From the human T2T-CHM13v2.0 reference genome, Homo sapiens: a stretch of 64,000 nucleotides of DNA. Below are positions 1 to 16,821 of this stretch, in pieces. The translations under genes were made by a program, and so were the position numbers. The stretch lies in NCBI RefSeq assembly GCF_009914755.1, contig NC_060929.1, one strand, 5' to 3'. The notes beneath the pieces were generated by a model. The model made no database searches and was not told the origin of the DNA. It saw only the letters and a program-made list of their open reading frames with translations. Each line of letters starts with the position of its first letter. Position 1 is the stretch's first letter.

Positions 1-1153
1 TTCTGTATTCTGACGGGGATTCGCTGGATAAAAGGGAAAGCTAGAAATCAAATTTGGGAGGGTAGGGTTGAACTCTTGCGGGTATTAGCCCAGTAGCATG
101 TGGGAGACCTGTTATCCTGTTAGGTGAAAGGAGGGAACGGAAATACCTTTAGTGATCTAACATGATAGAAACTTGTGCCATCTGGTTTGGGTAAGTAGGG
201 TAAATTTAGATAAATCTCGGAGATTGTACAGCATTTCAAAAAGTAAGTTGAATTTTCATGGAGATTGCACTCCAAGAAGCGAAGTTGAAAAGAAACTTGG
301 AAAACTGGAAGGGTAAACTCTTTATGCTACAGAATGAAACAAATGATATTATTTTCATCTAGAATAGCCACCATTTTTGCATCTACAAATTTAAATCTTA
401 CTCATCCTTGAAAGGCCATTTCTTTAAGATGCTGTCTCTGACATGAGTTCCCACCCATTTCCCGGCTCCTGACTACTCCAGTTAGATGTGAAGTCCTCAA
501 ATAGTGGAGTATTTGGAGCCACCTGGTATGCTAACAGATTTTGCCCAAAGAGTGAAATGTATTGGTTCTACAATTGATTACACATCCCGTCTCAAGGGAA
601 TCTATTAGATAGAATGTTGAGCTGACTGGTCTGGGCGATAATACAAGGTAGAGTGGGGCTCAAATTGCAGCATATGAGAATGTAAATTCAAGCTGGCACC
701 AAAGAATGTTCTCCTGTTTCATGGAGTAGGAGAGATCCTGCCTCCTGGGGTTATAAGAAAGTGTGGTCAGGACAGCCCACAATTCTGCTCAAAAAAGCAA
801 CACTATGTTAAAAAGCAGCCACTTGAAATGCCACCTACAGAGGCCTTTATATTATAGACGTCACACACACTGTTACCCAATAGTAGAGTCTGCTTTGTAA
901 TTACATTCATCTCGCTTTAGTGTTTTAATTTGTATGCCACCAAAAGGTCTAATGTTTAAAAGTGTGTAGTGATCAGAAGGAAGCTGAGAATGACTAGCAC
1001 CTCTATGCTATGTGATGCAGCACTATGGTGCCCCTAGTCACTCTCTGTGGCTTTGTGCTGAGTTTGGAGACAAGGACCTGATTTATATTGTCTTTGGTAT
1101 CTCAGGCCTAGAACCCAGTAAATATTTGTAGGTTGTTTACATAAGCTGCTTTG

Positions 1154-1430
1154 GGCCATTTTGCTCAGTTGGTTTAAGGTCAAAGTGAGTAAGTTAAAGG
1201 TAGACATTTCATCCCAGCATCACTGCACCAGTTAGCTTACCACCCTTTCGTGGCAGCCTCAACCCTTCCTATTAAGTCAGTTACCTGGCAAGACTTAATG
1301 AAAAGGTTTATCTAAATTTCTGAGAATCTACTACCAATACCAGAAACACTGCCTAATCCAGTGGTTTCATCTCTACACAAGAACAGTATGTCCAAAAAAA
1401 CCTTTGAGTTAACTGATGTGTCCAAGCAGC
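1154..1430 (+). mobile_element. Ancient tRNA-headed SINE relic (MamSINE1-like)
   Basis: GGCCATTTTGCTCAGTTGGTT resembles a tRNA 5' end/A-box, and CCAGTTAGCTT follows downstream as recalled for MamSINE1; heavily diverged. Confidence 0.45.
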
Positions 1431-1438
1431 TAGTCAAA

Positions 1439-2053
<615 letters not shown>

Positions 2054-3501
2054 AAATTTTTAGCTTTGAAGAGCAACCAAAGGAATATTCTCATCACATA
2101 TTCTAGGATATGTATACGACATGCTTAACTTCAGACATCAAAAACACTCATATATGAGAGCCAGGTTTTAGAGTAAAAGTCTAAATTATTGTGTAAATTA
2201 AACAAAAGCTTATTACCGTATAGAGTAACCTTTACAAAGGTATAAACCTTTGCAGTTATAGCCTCTGTTATTAGCTGCTGGTTACTGATACTTACTAATT
2301 AGACTTGCTTTTAGCTATCAAATGCTCATTCTATGCTAACCACTTCATATACATGATCTCATTTAATCATCTGAATCCTATCAAGTGATCATTGGTTATC
2401 TGCCCTAGATCAGTTATCAAGTCCCAGAATCAGGATTCAGACCCAGATCTTGCTTGCTCCAAAGCTCTTGCATTTAATCCTTTCTACTGACTGCTTCAAC
2501 TTACACAACAAAGTACGTGGCAACTTACTTCACTTAGTCATTAGAGCAAACATGCTGAGTCCATCTTTCAGCAAGATCAAAGGTGTGTCTTAAAAAACCA
2601 CTCTCCAAGGTAATATATCATTGAAGGCTTTTCACGATGACACAATGGATCTGTTTATCTCCAGCACATCAAGGTCACTAAAAGTCTCAGTGCCTTATTT
2701 GCTATTTAACACTGAGTCACAAAGGGTCTCCCAGGCATCCCACACTGTCCCAGATGAGTAACATCCCAGCTGCCTCCAGTGTTTCCTGATCTATAAAGCA
2801 AGATTCAGTGGCACCAAACGGTGCTAGAAGCATTCTCTGGTTCACAGCACACTTCGCAGTGTACATGTGAGGTGGGGAGTGGAAGGGTCCAGGGAGGGAT
2901 TTAGCTCAGAGGTTGTGTAGGGGAATATGATAGGCTGGTCTTTCCAGCCTCCTTGTCAGTTTCTGCTACCACCAAGGAAAGGGTCTCAGAGCTGAGTCAC
3001 AGCCGAATGTGCCTTTTGGATACAACTGCCACACAGACTGCAGTAACCTTCAGGACTTCTCATGCTATTGGTTCTAGAAACTGTAGCATATCAACAATTT
3101 AACATATGTCCTGCCATTTCATGCCCAAACGCCCTTGAAAGAGGAAGTAACAATTTAAGCAGACTCAGTAATGGGTTCTTAGCTGCAGTGGGTTAGCCAT
3201 ATCATCCCTCTCCATTGATATAGAAAATCAGGAATTGAACTGAGATTTGTTTCTGTCAACTTCAATTATTGGCTTGATGTGGAGTCCCTGGGTTTCAGAG
3301 CAGTCCCTAAAATGTCTTATTGATTTCCTAATGTCTGTCACTTATTACCCTATGTCATTGTACCCCAACACTGATCTGATTCAAATCACATTGAAAAAAT
3401 TTTCCCAGATGTGTTTTCTCTGACGAATCTACTTAGTGATTTTCCCCCAGCATTTAAACCTTCTTATAAAAGTCTCCTGGTTGACTGTGTTATCATTGTA
3501 G

Positions 3502-3859
<358 letters not shown>

Positions 3860-4353
3860 TTTAGAGGCCATTTCTCATTCACATTAGTAAATTAGGGTTT
3901 ACTATTCAACCATCCAATGAAACCATTAAAGAGAAAGTATATTTACCTAAATCCTAAATATTTAAGGAACATTGTAGAATCCTACATAAAAGTATGAAAA
4001 TATGTAACATATTTGTCTCTCAATCTTCTAGGGTTACTCTTTATTTTAATGTATAAATATCAATGTCCTATTTCATGTAATTATAGGAAGTACAGCATCC
4101 TTCAGAGTATTCTGATGACTTCTGGAGAGGCTATTAACTTTTCTGGTAGCCCCCATCATGGCTTACTCTGATTTCTGTTCTGGTTCCATCTCTCAGTTCC
4201 CCTATACTATCTCATCTGCAATTGCTGTCCTTACTTCATAAAGTTTTGTGCCAACTATGGACACAGATCCTTTGTCCTTTATTTCCCAAAGCCTATTAAT
4301 ACATAGCTTTAATGAGGAATAGGCTTAAAACTTTGAGGATGCAAGAGTCTCCT

Positions 4354-4710
4354 TGTATTAGTCCGTTTTCATACTGCTATAAAGAACTTCCTGGAAACTA
4401 GGTAATTTATAAAGGAAAGAAGTTTGACTCACAGTTCTGCGTGGCTGGGAAGGCCTCATGGCAGAAGAGGAAGCAGGCACCTTCCTCACAAGGCAACAGG
4501 GGAGAGAAGTGTGTGTGAAAGAGGAATTGTCAAACACTTATAAAGGCATCAGATCTCGTGAGAACTCACTTGCTATCAGGAGAACAGCATGGGGGAAACC
4601 ACTCCCATGATCCAATCACCTCCCACCTGGTCCCTCTCTCAACACGTGGGGATTAAGGGGATTAAAATTTGGGATGAGATTTGGGTGAGGACCCAGAGCC
4701 AGCCATGTCA
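4354..4710 (-). mobile_element. THE1 solo LTR (ERVL-MaLR, THE1C/D-like)
   Basis: TGTATTAGTCCGTTTTCATACTGCTATAAAG...GAGATTTGGGTG...CATGTCA; TG...CA termini. Confidence 0.92.
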
Positions 4711-5426
4711 TCCCATTTATCCTCGGTTTCACCTCACATGGTTTTAGTTACCCGCAGTCAACTGCAGTCAGAAAATATTAAATGGACAATTCCAGAAATA
4801 AAACCTCATATGTTTTAAATTGCACACTGTCGGGAGTAGTTTCGTGAAATCTTGCACTGCCTGGCTCCCTCCTGCCCGTGTGGTGAATCCTCCCTTTGTC
4901 CGGTGTATCCCTGCTGTATCCCCTACCTGACAGTCACGTAGTAGCCATCTGGGTTGTCAGATCCACTGGGAGGATATCACAGTGCTTGTGTTCAAGTACC
5001 CCTTATTCATAATAATTCTTGCCCCAATGCACGACAGTAGTGATGCTGGCAATTTGGGTATGCCAAAGAGAGGCTGCAAAGTGCTTCGTTAAAGTGGAAA
5101 GGTGAAAGTTCTCGACTTAAGGAAAGAAAGTAAAATCATATCCTGAGATTGCCAAGATCTACAACGAGAGCAAGTCTTCTATTTGTAAAATTGTGAAGGA
5201 AAAAGAAATTCATGCTAGTTTTGCTATTGTACCTCAAACTGCATAAGTTATAGCCACAGTGCCTGATGAGTGCTTAGTGAAGATGGAAAAGGGATTACAT
5301 TTGTGGGTGGGAGACATGAACAGAAACGTATTCCAATCGATGCCAACTGAGTTCAGTACTGTCTGTGGTTTCAGGCACCCACTGGGGGTCTTGGAACATA
5401 TCACTGACGATAAGAGGGGACTGAGA
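4711..5426 (+). mobile_element. MER44 (Tigger7 internal-deletion derivative, TcMar-Tigger)
   Basis: TTATCCTCGGTTTC...GAAAATATTAAATGG..., decayed transposase N-terminal sequence, right TIR GATAAGAGGGGACTG; first bases of left TIR appear at ~4342-4353. Confidence 0.9.
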
Positions 5427-5617
5427 TACTGGAGGGTGGGTACAGCACAGAAGTGAAAACAGCTTAAAATTTAGTATCAGAATTCACAATTCTGAAGGTG
5501 CCAAATCATTCCCCATTAAATAGGGTCATCTCTTACTGGCCTTTCTCTCCTTAGGTCCCAACCAACCAAGTTCCTTTGAATCATTCTCAAATTTTCTTTC
5601 AAGAACTCTCTCCTTTT

Positions 5618-5876
5618 GGCTGGGCATGGTGGTTCCCGCCTGTTAATTCCAGCACTTTGGGAGGCCGAGGCAGGCAGATTGCTTGATTCCAGGAGTTTGA
5701 GACCAGCCTGGCCAACATGACAAAATCCTGTCTTTACTAAAATTAGAAAAATTAGCCAGACATGGTGGTACACACCTGTAATCCCAGCTACATCAGGAGG
5801 CTGAGGCACAAGAATTGCTTGAACCCAGGAGGCAGAGATTGCAGTGAGCCGAGATGGTACCACTGCACTCCAGCTG
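5618..5876 (+). mobile_element. Alu, 3' end truncated
   Basis: Alu consensus up to CACTGCACTCCAGC, then (TCCT)n instead of a tail. Confidence 0.93.
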
Positions 5877-5904
5877 ACCGACAGACTCCCTCCTTCCTTC
5901 CTTC

Positions 5905-6220
5905 TTTCCTTCTGTATTTATTGGGCACTTACGTATGCCACATACTGTTCTAGACGCTAAAGATACAAAAGTATATAAGACAAAGTGCCTATCGCCATGG
6001 AGGTTAGGATGTAGTGGGAGAGAGAAAAAAATGGAAATAAATAAAATACTTCAATGTTTTACATGTGCTATGAAAGAAACAAACTAGAGACTGAAAGAAT
6101 AACTGAGGATGGCTTATTTTAGGTGGGCTGCTCAGAAAAGGGCTCTTGGCAGCTGTAACGTTTTAGTTGAAGCTAAAGGAAAAGGGGAAGCCAGACATGT
6201 GAAGGATGGGATAAAAACCT
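5905..6220 (-). mobile_element. L2 3' fragment
   Basis: TATTTATTGGGCACTTACGTATGCCA...TGTTCTAG typical of the L2 3' end in antisense. Confidence 0.7.
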
Positions 6221-6239
6221 CCTGCGAGTCTCATTGAAC

Positions 6240-6560
6240 TCCATGAGGAAATTGTGAGCATGCTCATGGAAGTTTTGTTTGTCATAGGAAGAAAAACTTG
6301 GAAACAAAGTAGAGATCCATCATTAGGGGAATGAATAACTAGAAAATATATATGGATACTGCATATCGGTTAAAAGCTATGAACTAGATTTATGTATAGC
6401 ATATGAACAGACCTAAGAAACTTAATGTTGAGTGGAGAAAAAAACTCGCGATTTACAAAACCATTTTTGCGGATATTTAAAAACCCACAACTACCCTACA
6501 TATTTTCAAGGCCACGTGTACGACTGAGTAAGTGACTTGAGGAAAGATTGGAAGGACAAT
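6240..6560 (+). mobile_element. Old L1M 3' fragment
   Basis: AAAACTTGGAAACAAA...ATCCATCATTAGGGGAATGAATAA resembles L1ME ORF2 end/3'UTR. Confidence 0.6.
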
Positions 6561-6755
6561 ATATGAAACACACTGGAGATGTGCTTCTCAGAGGTCTGAA
6601 CTTGGAATAGGAGACCACTGAGGCTCGGCATTCCGTTTCCTCTGCAGCTTTGCCACCCGACAGCTAAATCCTTGGTCTGATTTTCAACATAATGTTCCCT
6701 ATGGCCGCAACAGGCCTTCTGTCTCTACAATGTGCTTTAACTTACAATTGACTGA

Positions 6756-7090
<335 letters not shown>

Positions 7091-7357
7091 TCAAAGTTTT
7101 AAAAATAACCAAAAGCAGACAACTCTTACACAATTCTTATAATTGCCATTGCCCCCATGCTATTCGAGTGCCTCCAGCTACTGCATCAGCCAATGTTTCA
7201 CCTCCACCTGGAACTCATTCCAGTTCACCACCAGTGAGAGTTTTTCTAGATCCAAGGGCTATATTCTTTTTCCTATTTTACCACCTTGTCTCCCTTAGAA
7301 GTAATGATAATGGGCATCCTTGCCTTATCACTGTTTGCGAAGGGAATTCTTCTAATA

Positions 7358-7807
7358 CCTACAGGTCATATTTGGCAGGCTTCCAAATTAACCTGCCTGG
7401 GGAGGACTTGTGGTTCCTGATGAACTTCTGTCCTGAGCAAAGAATCTTCTTGTGAGTTCCTCAGATTCTTGACATACTAATTAATGCATAACCCACTGAC
7501 GTTGAACAAGACACTGATTTGTTTCTGAATCCTGAAGTTTTACTGATTGTCCTGCACGTAGAACATTGTAGCCTGCATGCAGTCATCTGTAGCCAATGAT
7601 TGTAATCTCTATACTGTACCCTCCAATGCAGAGGGTACAACTCCTCTGGGAAGGAGTCCACTCCCTTCTCCTAAACTTTCTTATAAAAGCCTTCCACCTT
7701 GTAGCACACTCTAGAACGTGCCAGCCTTCTTGGTGTGTCTTCCCAGGTCAGTCCTCACATTTGGCTTCCAATAAAACTTTATCAAATCAGCCTTAGTTTT
7801 GGTAACA
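7358..7807 (+). mobile_element. Solo ERV LTR (LTR47-like, subfamily uncertain)
   Basis: CCAAT, TTATAAAA and AATAAA in LTR order, ending ...GGTAACA; resembles recalled LTR consensus. Confidence 0.65.
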
Positions 7808-7840
7808 CTTTCAAGATTTTAGTTAAGTTTGATGTTATAA

Positions 7841-8206
<366 letters not shown>

Positions 8207-8641
8207 TCCTATCTGAAATAAATTCTAAGTATCTAAGTGCTCTCTCTTTAATTGTATTTCCCTGATGATTTGGCTCTCCTTAACAGTTCCTAGTTTTGCA
8301 GAATTTGCTGATAAAATTCCTTGCAGTTACAATCTACGTTCCATTTGCATTGTTACATAGTTTCTACAGTGGTCGTATCAACTTGTTTCATTCTCTTGTC
8401 TATTAACTCATTAATGAGAAAATACTCTCAACATTAATATGAGCTATATATGTATACACACATATACAGCTATATATCCATACTGCATATATATTGAACA
8501 TCTGTTATCATAAAATTAATAACTGAAAACTGATCTTCCAATTTGATCCATTGAAGCACATAATACCATCTTTCAAGGAATAACTTTCCATTCTTCAGTA
8601 TTATTTTACATCTCTTGATCAAAATCTATGTAAAAGAATAA

Positions 8642-9372
<731 letters not shown>

Positions 9373-9429
9373 TAAGAATTGCTTGATACTTAAAGGGATG
9401 ACCCTTTCATCAGCTCTTTCTTTAACACA

Positions 9430-10065
9430 AGATTAAACGATTTGAGCTGGCCAGGCTTCCACCCATTGCCCAGGGAACCTGTGTGTGGGTTGAGGAATGT
9501 GTTCAACGTTCAACAGGTTAACAAATCTGCCTCAGCTTTCACTTCCTGCTTGTACGGGGTGTCGAGGTCGGTCACATGCGAGTATAAACTGGGGCCTGTC
9601 TTGTTCCCTAGATCTCCCTTTTAAATGTTTTGCTGATTGCTTGCTTGCCCCAACTGTTATCACAGCCTTAGGAGATTCCATGCTCTGCCGGCCTCTGATT
9701 GCTACCAAATATTATTGTTTTCAAAAAACCAAGGAAACAGAGCTTTTCCTTGAAGCTCCAAATCATTTCAGCCCCTTTTGGCACCAGTAAGGCAGCCAGT
9801 CCCACCAACACTGCACCATGGAGCTGGGGCAAGGGCAGGGGGAAGTGAGAACGGGAGCAGTTCTAAGACGATGTGTCACACACTTTGTTGATCTTACTAA
9901 GGTTCAATAGTTTCTCTTGAATAAATGATTTTCAGCTTGTTGTATGCCTTTGCTTAATTTCCAGAGTTCCAAAGTAATTGTTTTTAGTAATTTGCTATTT
10001 ATTTTTTAGTTGCTGCTTTTGGGAGAGAATGTGTAAAGGTCCTCTCTCTGTTCTTCTAGAAGCTC
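9430..10065 (-). mobile_element. Old L1M 5'-region fragment
   Basis: TTTCTCTTGAATAAATG...TTTCCAGAGTTCC...TTTGGGAGAG, similar to 50330-50530. Confidence 0.55.
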
Positions 10066-10094
10066 CCCATGGGTATAATTCAAAATTTTCTGTT

Positions 10095-10451
10095 TTAATT
10101 TAATCTAATATATCAAAAATATCATTTAAACATGTAATTTATATCAATATTGTTATTATTATTTTGTAGAGATGGGGTTTAACCATGTTGCCCAGGCTGG
10201 TCTTGAACTCCTGGGCTCAGGTGATCCATCTGCCTCTACCTCCCAAAGTGCTGGGATTACAGGCCTGAGCCACTGTGCCTGGCCTATATCAGTATTATTA
10301 ATGAAGTATTTTGTTTTCTTTTTTTTTTTTCGTACCAAGGTTTTATAATCTGATATATATTTTACACTTACAGCTCATCTCAATTTGAACCAGTTACATT
10401 TTCAGTGCCTAATAGCCACATTGGCTAGTGGCTACAAGATTGGACACACAG
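10095..10451. mobile_element. MER3/MER33-type hAT-Charlie MITE interrupted by an Alu left monomer (FLAM, 10160-10284, minus)
   Basis: CTCAATTTGAACCAGTTACATTTTCAGTGCCTAATAGCCACATTGGCTAGTGGCTAC end motif; CCTATATCA/TTTATATCA flanks around the monomer. Confidence 0.75.
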
Positions 10452-10454
10452 TTT

Positions 10455-11060
10455 TAACTGTTGCTAGAGTAAAGAAATGCTGCTGGTTTTTAGATATTAA
10501 TCCTATGTGTTGTCACCTTGCTAAATTCTCTCGTCATGTCTAATTTCCTGTCTTTAAATTATTTGGGGCTTTCTAGGTAAAAGATTGTATCATCTGCAAA
10601 TAATAATGGGCTTGTTTCACCTCTTGGTCTTTACACCTCTTATTTATTTTTCTTCTGTTACTGTGCTACCTAAGGCGACCAGTACAGCTACAAATGGAAG
10701 CAGTCATCGTGGGCAACATTGTCTTGTCAGAGCTTACAAGAAATATTGTTAACATTTTGCTGTTAAGAATGCTGTCCGTAACAGGTGTTGATAGCAACTT
10801 TTCATTAGATTGAGATGGTTCCTTTCCATTTCAAATTCATACACTCACATTCTTGGTGAGCATTTTATTTGCTTTTTATTCTTCTTTTGAGATGATTGCA
10901 TGATTTTTATAGTAATATAAAATTACATTTAGAGTTTAACTTTAAGCTACTTTGTGGAAAAACCTTTTATATACTATACTTTTCTGGGTCATTGTTGCAA
11001 TTTTTTAAAGGCTTTTTGTGTCTATGTCCATGAATGAGATTGGCCCCCACTCTTTATTCT
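10455..11060 (-). mobile_element. Old L1M ORF2 fragment
   Basis: CACCTTGCTAAATTC...TATCATCTGCAAATAAT (antisense of the FADD motif region). Confidence 0.7.
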
Positions 11061-11339
11061 CCTGTAATTCATTATCCATCCAGAAGTTGGAAAAGTCTTA
11101 GAAATACTGAACTCATTACTTCTCTACAGAAAGCTATCAAAATTTTCTAAGTTTATTTAAAACAAATTTAAAACCATTATTCCGGCCAACAAGGCCTTAC
11201 AAAATCTGGTATATCTTATGCTATTCTCCATTTACCTTCAGCCTTTTTCAGTGCTACTCAATGTTTTTCTGGATAGCCTATCTAGTTCATTAAGACAAGA
11301 AAGATAAATAAATGAATTGCAGAAAAAAAACTGTTATTA

Positions 11340-12131
<792 letters not shown>

Positions 12132-13208
12132 TTACCTTATGGTAAGAATGATAAAACTTTACTAAGAGATCTTCAGGAATACCTACATAAAGATACCAAA
12201 TTCACTGGGTAAAAGACTCAATATTAAAAATACTGCCCCCTATTCTTTCCAAATTGATCCATTAGATCAATTATAAGCAAAATCCCAATGGGGCTTTTTG
12301 TAGAAACTGAGAAGCTGATTCTAAAAAAAAGTGATAAAACTACAAAGAGCCACGACTCGCCAAGTGACTTGAAGAAGAACAAGGCGAGAGCACATGCTCT
12401 AACAGAGATTGTAGTGAACCTATAGTGACTAAGACAGCATGATGTCGGCACAAGGATAGATAAGTAAACCAACAGAACAGAACAGAGAGCCCAGGAACAG
12501 ATCTCCATACGCCGGGTGCCTCCGGAAAAGATTCCGAGACTCTGATATTTGTGGCACGAAGTTTCATAAGGAGTATTCTCAGGAAGAGCACCTTGAGGTG
12601 AGCACATGTGTTGCTTCAGCTGGTCCTCTCAGGAAATCTGGGTCTGAAGTCACCCTTCACAGTTATCCCAGTTGAGTTAGGAGGTCCCGATCTTTATATT
12701 CCAACGTTGACCAGTCATTAGAGGTAGGCTGACCCCAGGGAAGGCATGTAGCTTTGAGAAAGAAGCTTCCTTAGGTTGAGGGCAGTTTCTAGACAATGAC
12801 TCATCTGTAAGCTGGCAACCAGAGCAGTGAGTGCACTGGTCCTGAAGTGGGATATGGGCGGCACAGCACCGTGTCCACTGCAGGCCACCCTTCCACTGCA
12901 GTAAGCCCTTGCCATCTGGAGCTACTCTTCCAGGTTTCTGGCTGGTCTCTTTTCCTGATGGGTTAATGGGATGAGGTTTGGCCCCTTCTGCTGCAGCTTG
13001 TTTCCAGGCCACAGCTGGTACCCACTGTCTCCCTCCACTTTCCAGCTTAGATTCTCTGCACCTGTGGCTAGCTCCTTTGCTGGTCTTGGCGGCTCATCTG
13101 GGAAGGTAACCCAGGCCCTCAACCCTGTGTGTTCTAAGCCTCTAGTCACCTCGTCCTTCTCAGGCCACGGCTTACTTACTTGTCCATTTACTGTTAAGAC
13201 TGGGAAAG

Positions 13209-13550
<342 letters not shown>

Positions 13551-14408
13551 TCAGTGTCTCACTTATCCTTCGCATCCCCATGGTGTAACAGCAGTCCGGC
13601 CTCCTCCTGATCATCAGGGTTAGTCACCTCTGGCGGGATCTTGACTCTTTTTCTTGCCTTCTAATCTCTCGGCACAAGACGCTCAAATGAATGGGCAACA
13701 GGTCAGCTGTAGCTTGAAGTTTAATGGGACATTTTCTGTGTCTTTCTGCATCGTCCCTCTGAGACCTGAGACCTCTCAACCCACAGAGTGTAGAATTGTG
13801 GGGAAACAAAGCACAGACTCTCCTCGTGGTGTTTTTGCCACATCACAGATATCTCTAATACTGTAGGGTCTTCCAGATTTTATAGCCCAAGGGACAGGGC
13901 TGTGTACACCAAAGCTGAGACCTGCTCCGTAGTCATTTCCCGCTCTGGGTCTCAATCCCGAGTAGCTTCTCCTATGGTCATGGCTGGCCTCAGAGGACGG
14001 CCCCCACTGAGCTTCTTGGTGATGCTGGTGACCTTCTCATCGGCACTTTCCTTATCTCCTTGAAGGATGGAGCCTCTTCAAGGCCCTCTCACAAGGCAGA
14101 GTCAGCTGATGAGTAGAGCACACCCTCTAGCATATCTCCTTCTGGGTCTTATGTTCCCCTCATCTGCCATTTTCCACAGCATTTGCAGCATTTGCACTTC
14201 CTGCAGGGTGACAGGCACTTTCCCCAGGCTTCATCTGTAGCAGCACGTTAGCTTTGTCTCCCAGGGGCCTTGCCTCGGTGTTAGATCCTGTGTCACAGCA
14301 GAGGGCTCCCGTATCAATAAACTCGCCCTCCCAGGCTTCTGTTGCACAGCTCTCAATGAGCACCTTTGGGATCCAGCCCATGTTTCCTCTTTCAGCTCCT
14401 GCCAGTGC

Positions 14409-14884
14409 TGTGAAGCAAGTTCACTGTGCTCTAGTTACCACACTGTCTGAATCTGGTAAGACAGAACACCCACATATAAATTACATGAAGAGGGTTTGTT
14501 ACTTACTCATAGGAAGCAAGCGACAACGGAAGCCCAGGATTCATTGGAAGCTAATCCCCAGGGCTCAGGAAAGCCCCCTGAGGTTGGATTGGAGTCTTGC
14601 TGTGGTGTGTATGCTCCACTTGGACTGCAGCCAAAGGGCCATGGAAGAAAGTGCAACCTGGGTTTTATGCCCCAGGGCAACGTGACTCACTGGAATAAGG
14701 CATTGAAGGACATCCTGTTTCTGGGGTAGGGGGGACTGGAACAGAGCCCAGGCCTTTCCAGCCAGCTTCTCCTTATCTCACATTGTTGTGTTCCCAGCAC
14801 ATTCTATGGTTTTTCCTGAGAACTGCAAGTAAGAAAGAGGAGAGAACTGGGTTGGTCCAAGGCCATCTGCAGAACTGTCCTGCA
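14409..14884 (-). mobile_element. Solo LTR (LTR32-like, ERVL)
   Basis: TGTGAAGCAAGTTCACTGTG...AACTGTCCTGCA; 5-bp TSD AGTGC/AGTAC. Confidence 0.85.
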
Positions 14885-15394
14885 AGTACTTGTTGGCAAG
14901 GTCCTGCAGTTCCTTTGCCTACGGTTCTTTCCTTCCCTTAAGAGGCCCAGCACTTGCCTGGCCAGATTATGTTGTAGCTTGACCCTAGTTACTGGTCTTG
15001 GGACTGGGGAAGAGGGGATTGATCCTGAGAAGGGTGCATGCTTTCCTTTAAAGCAGAAGCCTCCAGATCTTCTTTACATCTTCAAGCATGGAAGCAGCAC
15101 TGACCTTTAACAGGGAAGAACGGGCCACTTCTGCAGACCCAGGAGGTTCAGAGCAATCTAATAATGCAAGATTTTTTAGTGCGTCAACACAGATATCCCT
15201 ATTTCCAGTGTCAGGCTCCTATTCCTTCCCAATTAGGATCCTGACTTTGGCATAGTAAACCTACTGGAGTTGAGCATCCAACCTTCTCTGGAATTCTACT
15301 ATTCTTATGTCTAAGTCCTGTGAGTACTTGCCATGTTCTCTTTCTTGGCTTAGTGATTGCTTTTGTATTTGTTTTATGAGTTTTCAACTCTATG

Positions 15395-15792
15395 TGCTAT
15401 GGTTTGAAAGTTTTTGTCTCCTTCAAAGTTCATGTTGAAACTTAATCCCCAAAGCAACAGTATGAAGAGGTGGAGCATTTAGGAGGTGATTAGGCCATGA
15501 GGGCTGTGCTCTCATGAATCGATTAGTGCCTTATTAAAGGGCTTGAGGGGATGAGTTCACCCCTTCTACCTGTTGTATCAAGTGAAGATGCAGCTTTTCT
15601 CACTTCCGAAGAAAACAGTGTCCATGCCGCCATCTTGAAAGCAGAGACCAGGTCCACACCAGGCACACCCAACCTGCCAGTACTTTGATCTTGGACTTTC
15701 CAACCTCCAGAATGGTGAGAAATAAATTTCTGTTATTTGTAAATTACCTAGTCTGTGGTATTTTCTTATAGCATCATAAATGGACTAAGACA
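15395..15792 (+). mobile_element. MaLR solo LTR (MST/MLT1A-type)
   Basis: TGCTATGGTTTGAAAG...AATAAATTTCTG...GGACTAAGACA. Confidence 0.9.
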
Positions 15793-15797
15793 CTATA

Positions 15798-16013
15798 GGA
15801 AAGCTACGGCCAGACAGGCCAAATCTGGCCTGCTGACTGTTTTTGTAAGTGAAGTGTTACTGGAGTACAGCCACACCCATTCACTTACCTCTTGTCTATA
15901 GCCGCTTTCCCTCTACAGTGGCAGAATCGAATAGTTATGACAGAATGTATGGCCCGCCAAAGATGAAAGTATTTATTATCTAGCTAGTTACAGAAGAAGT
16001 TTGTTGAGCCCTG
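15798..16013 (+). mobile_element. MER58A hAT-Charlie MITE
   Basis: GGCCAAATCTGGCCTGC...CAGCCACACCCATTCAC...TTTGTTGAGCCCTG. Confidence 0.85.
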
Positions 16014-16767
16014 CTTTCTACCATATATTTTAATTTGCTCTTTTTGTATATGTATTATATCTCTCAATCTAAAAAAAGAAAGAAAACCTAGCAGCTATCC
16101 ACTCATCCTGAGAACATATATATAATTATTATGCCTTCCTATAAATAATTGTTTGATTATTTAAAACCAATCTAAATATTTGCCAAGGGCCTTCATGGTG
16201 AAGGCTCTACACACCAGCCTGTAATTTAGGTTTGGGGATTAGTTGAGTCACACGTGGGAAACCTGGAGCCCACCAATCTCACCTCACTCTTTTATTCCCC
16301 TTCATGCTGCTGCAGGCAAATTCCTTGATTCAAGGAGGAACACCAGGTGGCTGTCTGGGGGTCATCAAAGGTGACCTGAAAAGCCCTTTTCTGCACTGGA
16401 GACATGACGTTGGAACAAGGACAACATCTCTAATATCAGGAAGGGTACCAGAGGTGACTTGCTGGGAGAAAAGGTGAGAGCAGGGAAGAGAACATGTTTA
16501 CTATTTGGGGGCATAGTACATTTGGAACAGCGACCGTGGGGGTCAGTTATAAGGCATGTAGATGAGCAGAAGGATCCCTAGAGAGCTTTACTCCCAGAAG
16601 GAGGAGATGGAGACGTCTGTGTACATGAACTTGTTCACTGAGAGCAGCTGTGATGACATGCCTATAATCAGACATGTGGGTAGGAGTGACAGTGTGCCAG
16701 AGCCTAAGACAGGGGTGGTCGGTGGGTCCTTTGGGGAGTGACAAGGGGTAGTGGTTGCAGCCCCTCC

Positions 16768-16770
<3 letters not shown>

Positions 16771-16820
<50 letters not shown>
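16771..16820. repeat. (TG)25 microsatellite
   Basis: Perfect dinucleotide run read directly. Confidence 0.99.

Positions 16821-16821
<1 letters not shown>

Noticed and set aside
1154-1230. tRNA gene
   Set aside because: Only the 5' A-box-like part resembles tRNA; no intact T-arm GTTC or cloverleaf
7615-7639. 9-bp perfect hairpin TGTACCCTC/GAGGGTACA
   Set aside because: Short, inside an LTR; expected by chance in 64 kb
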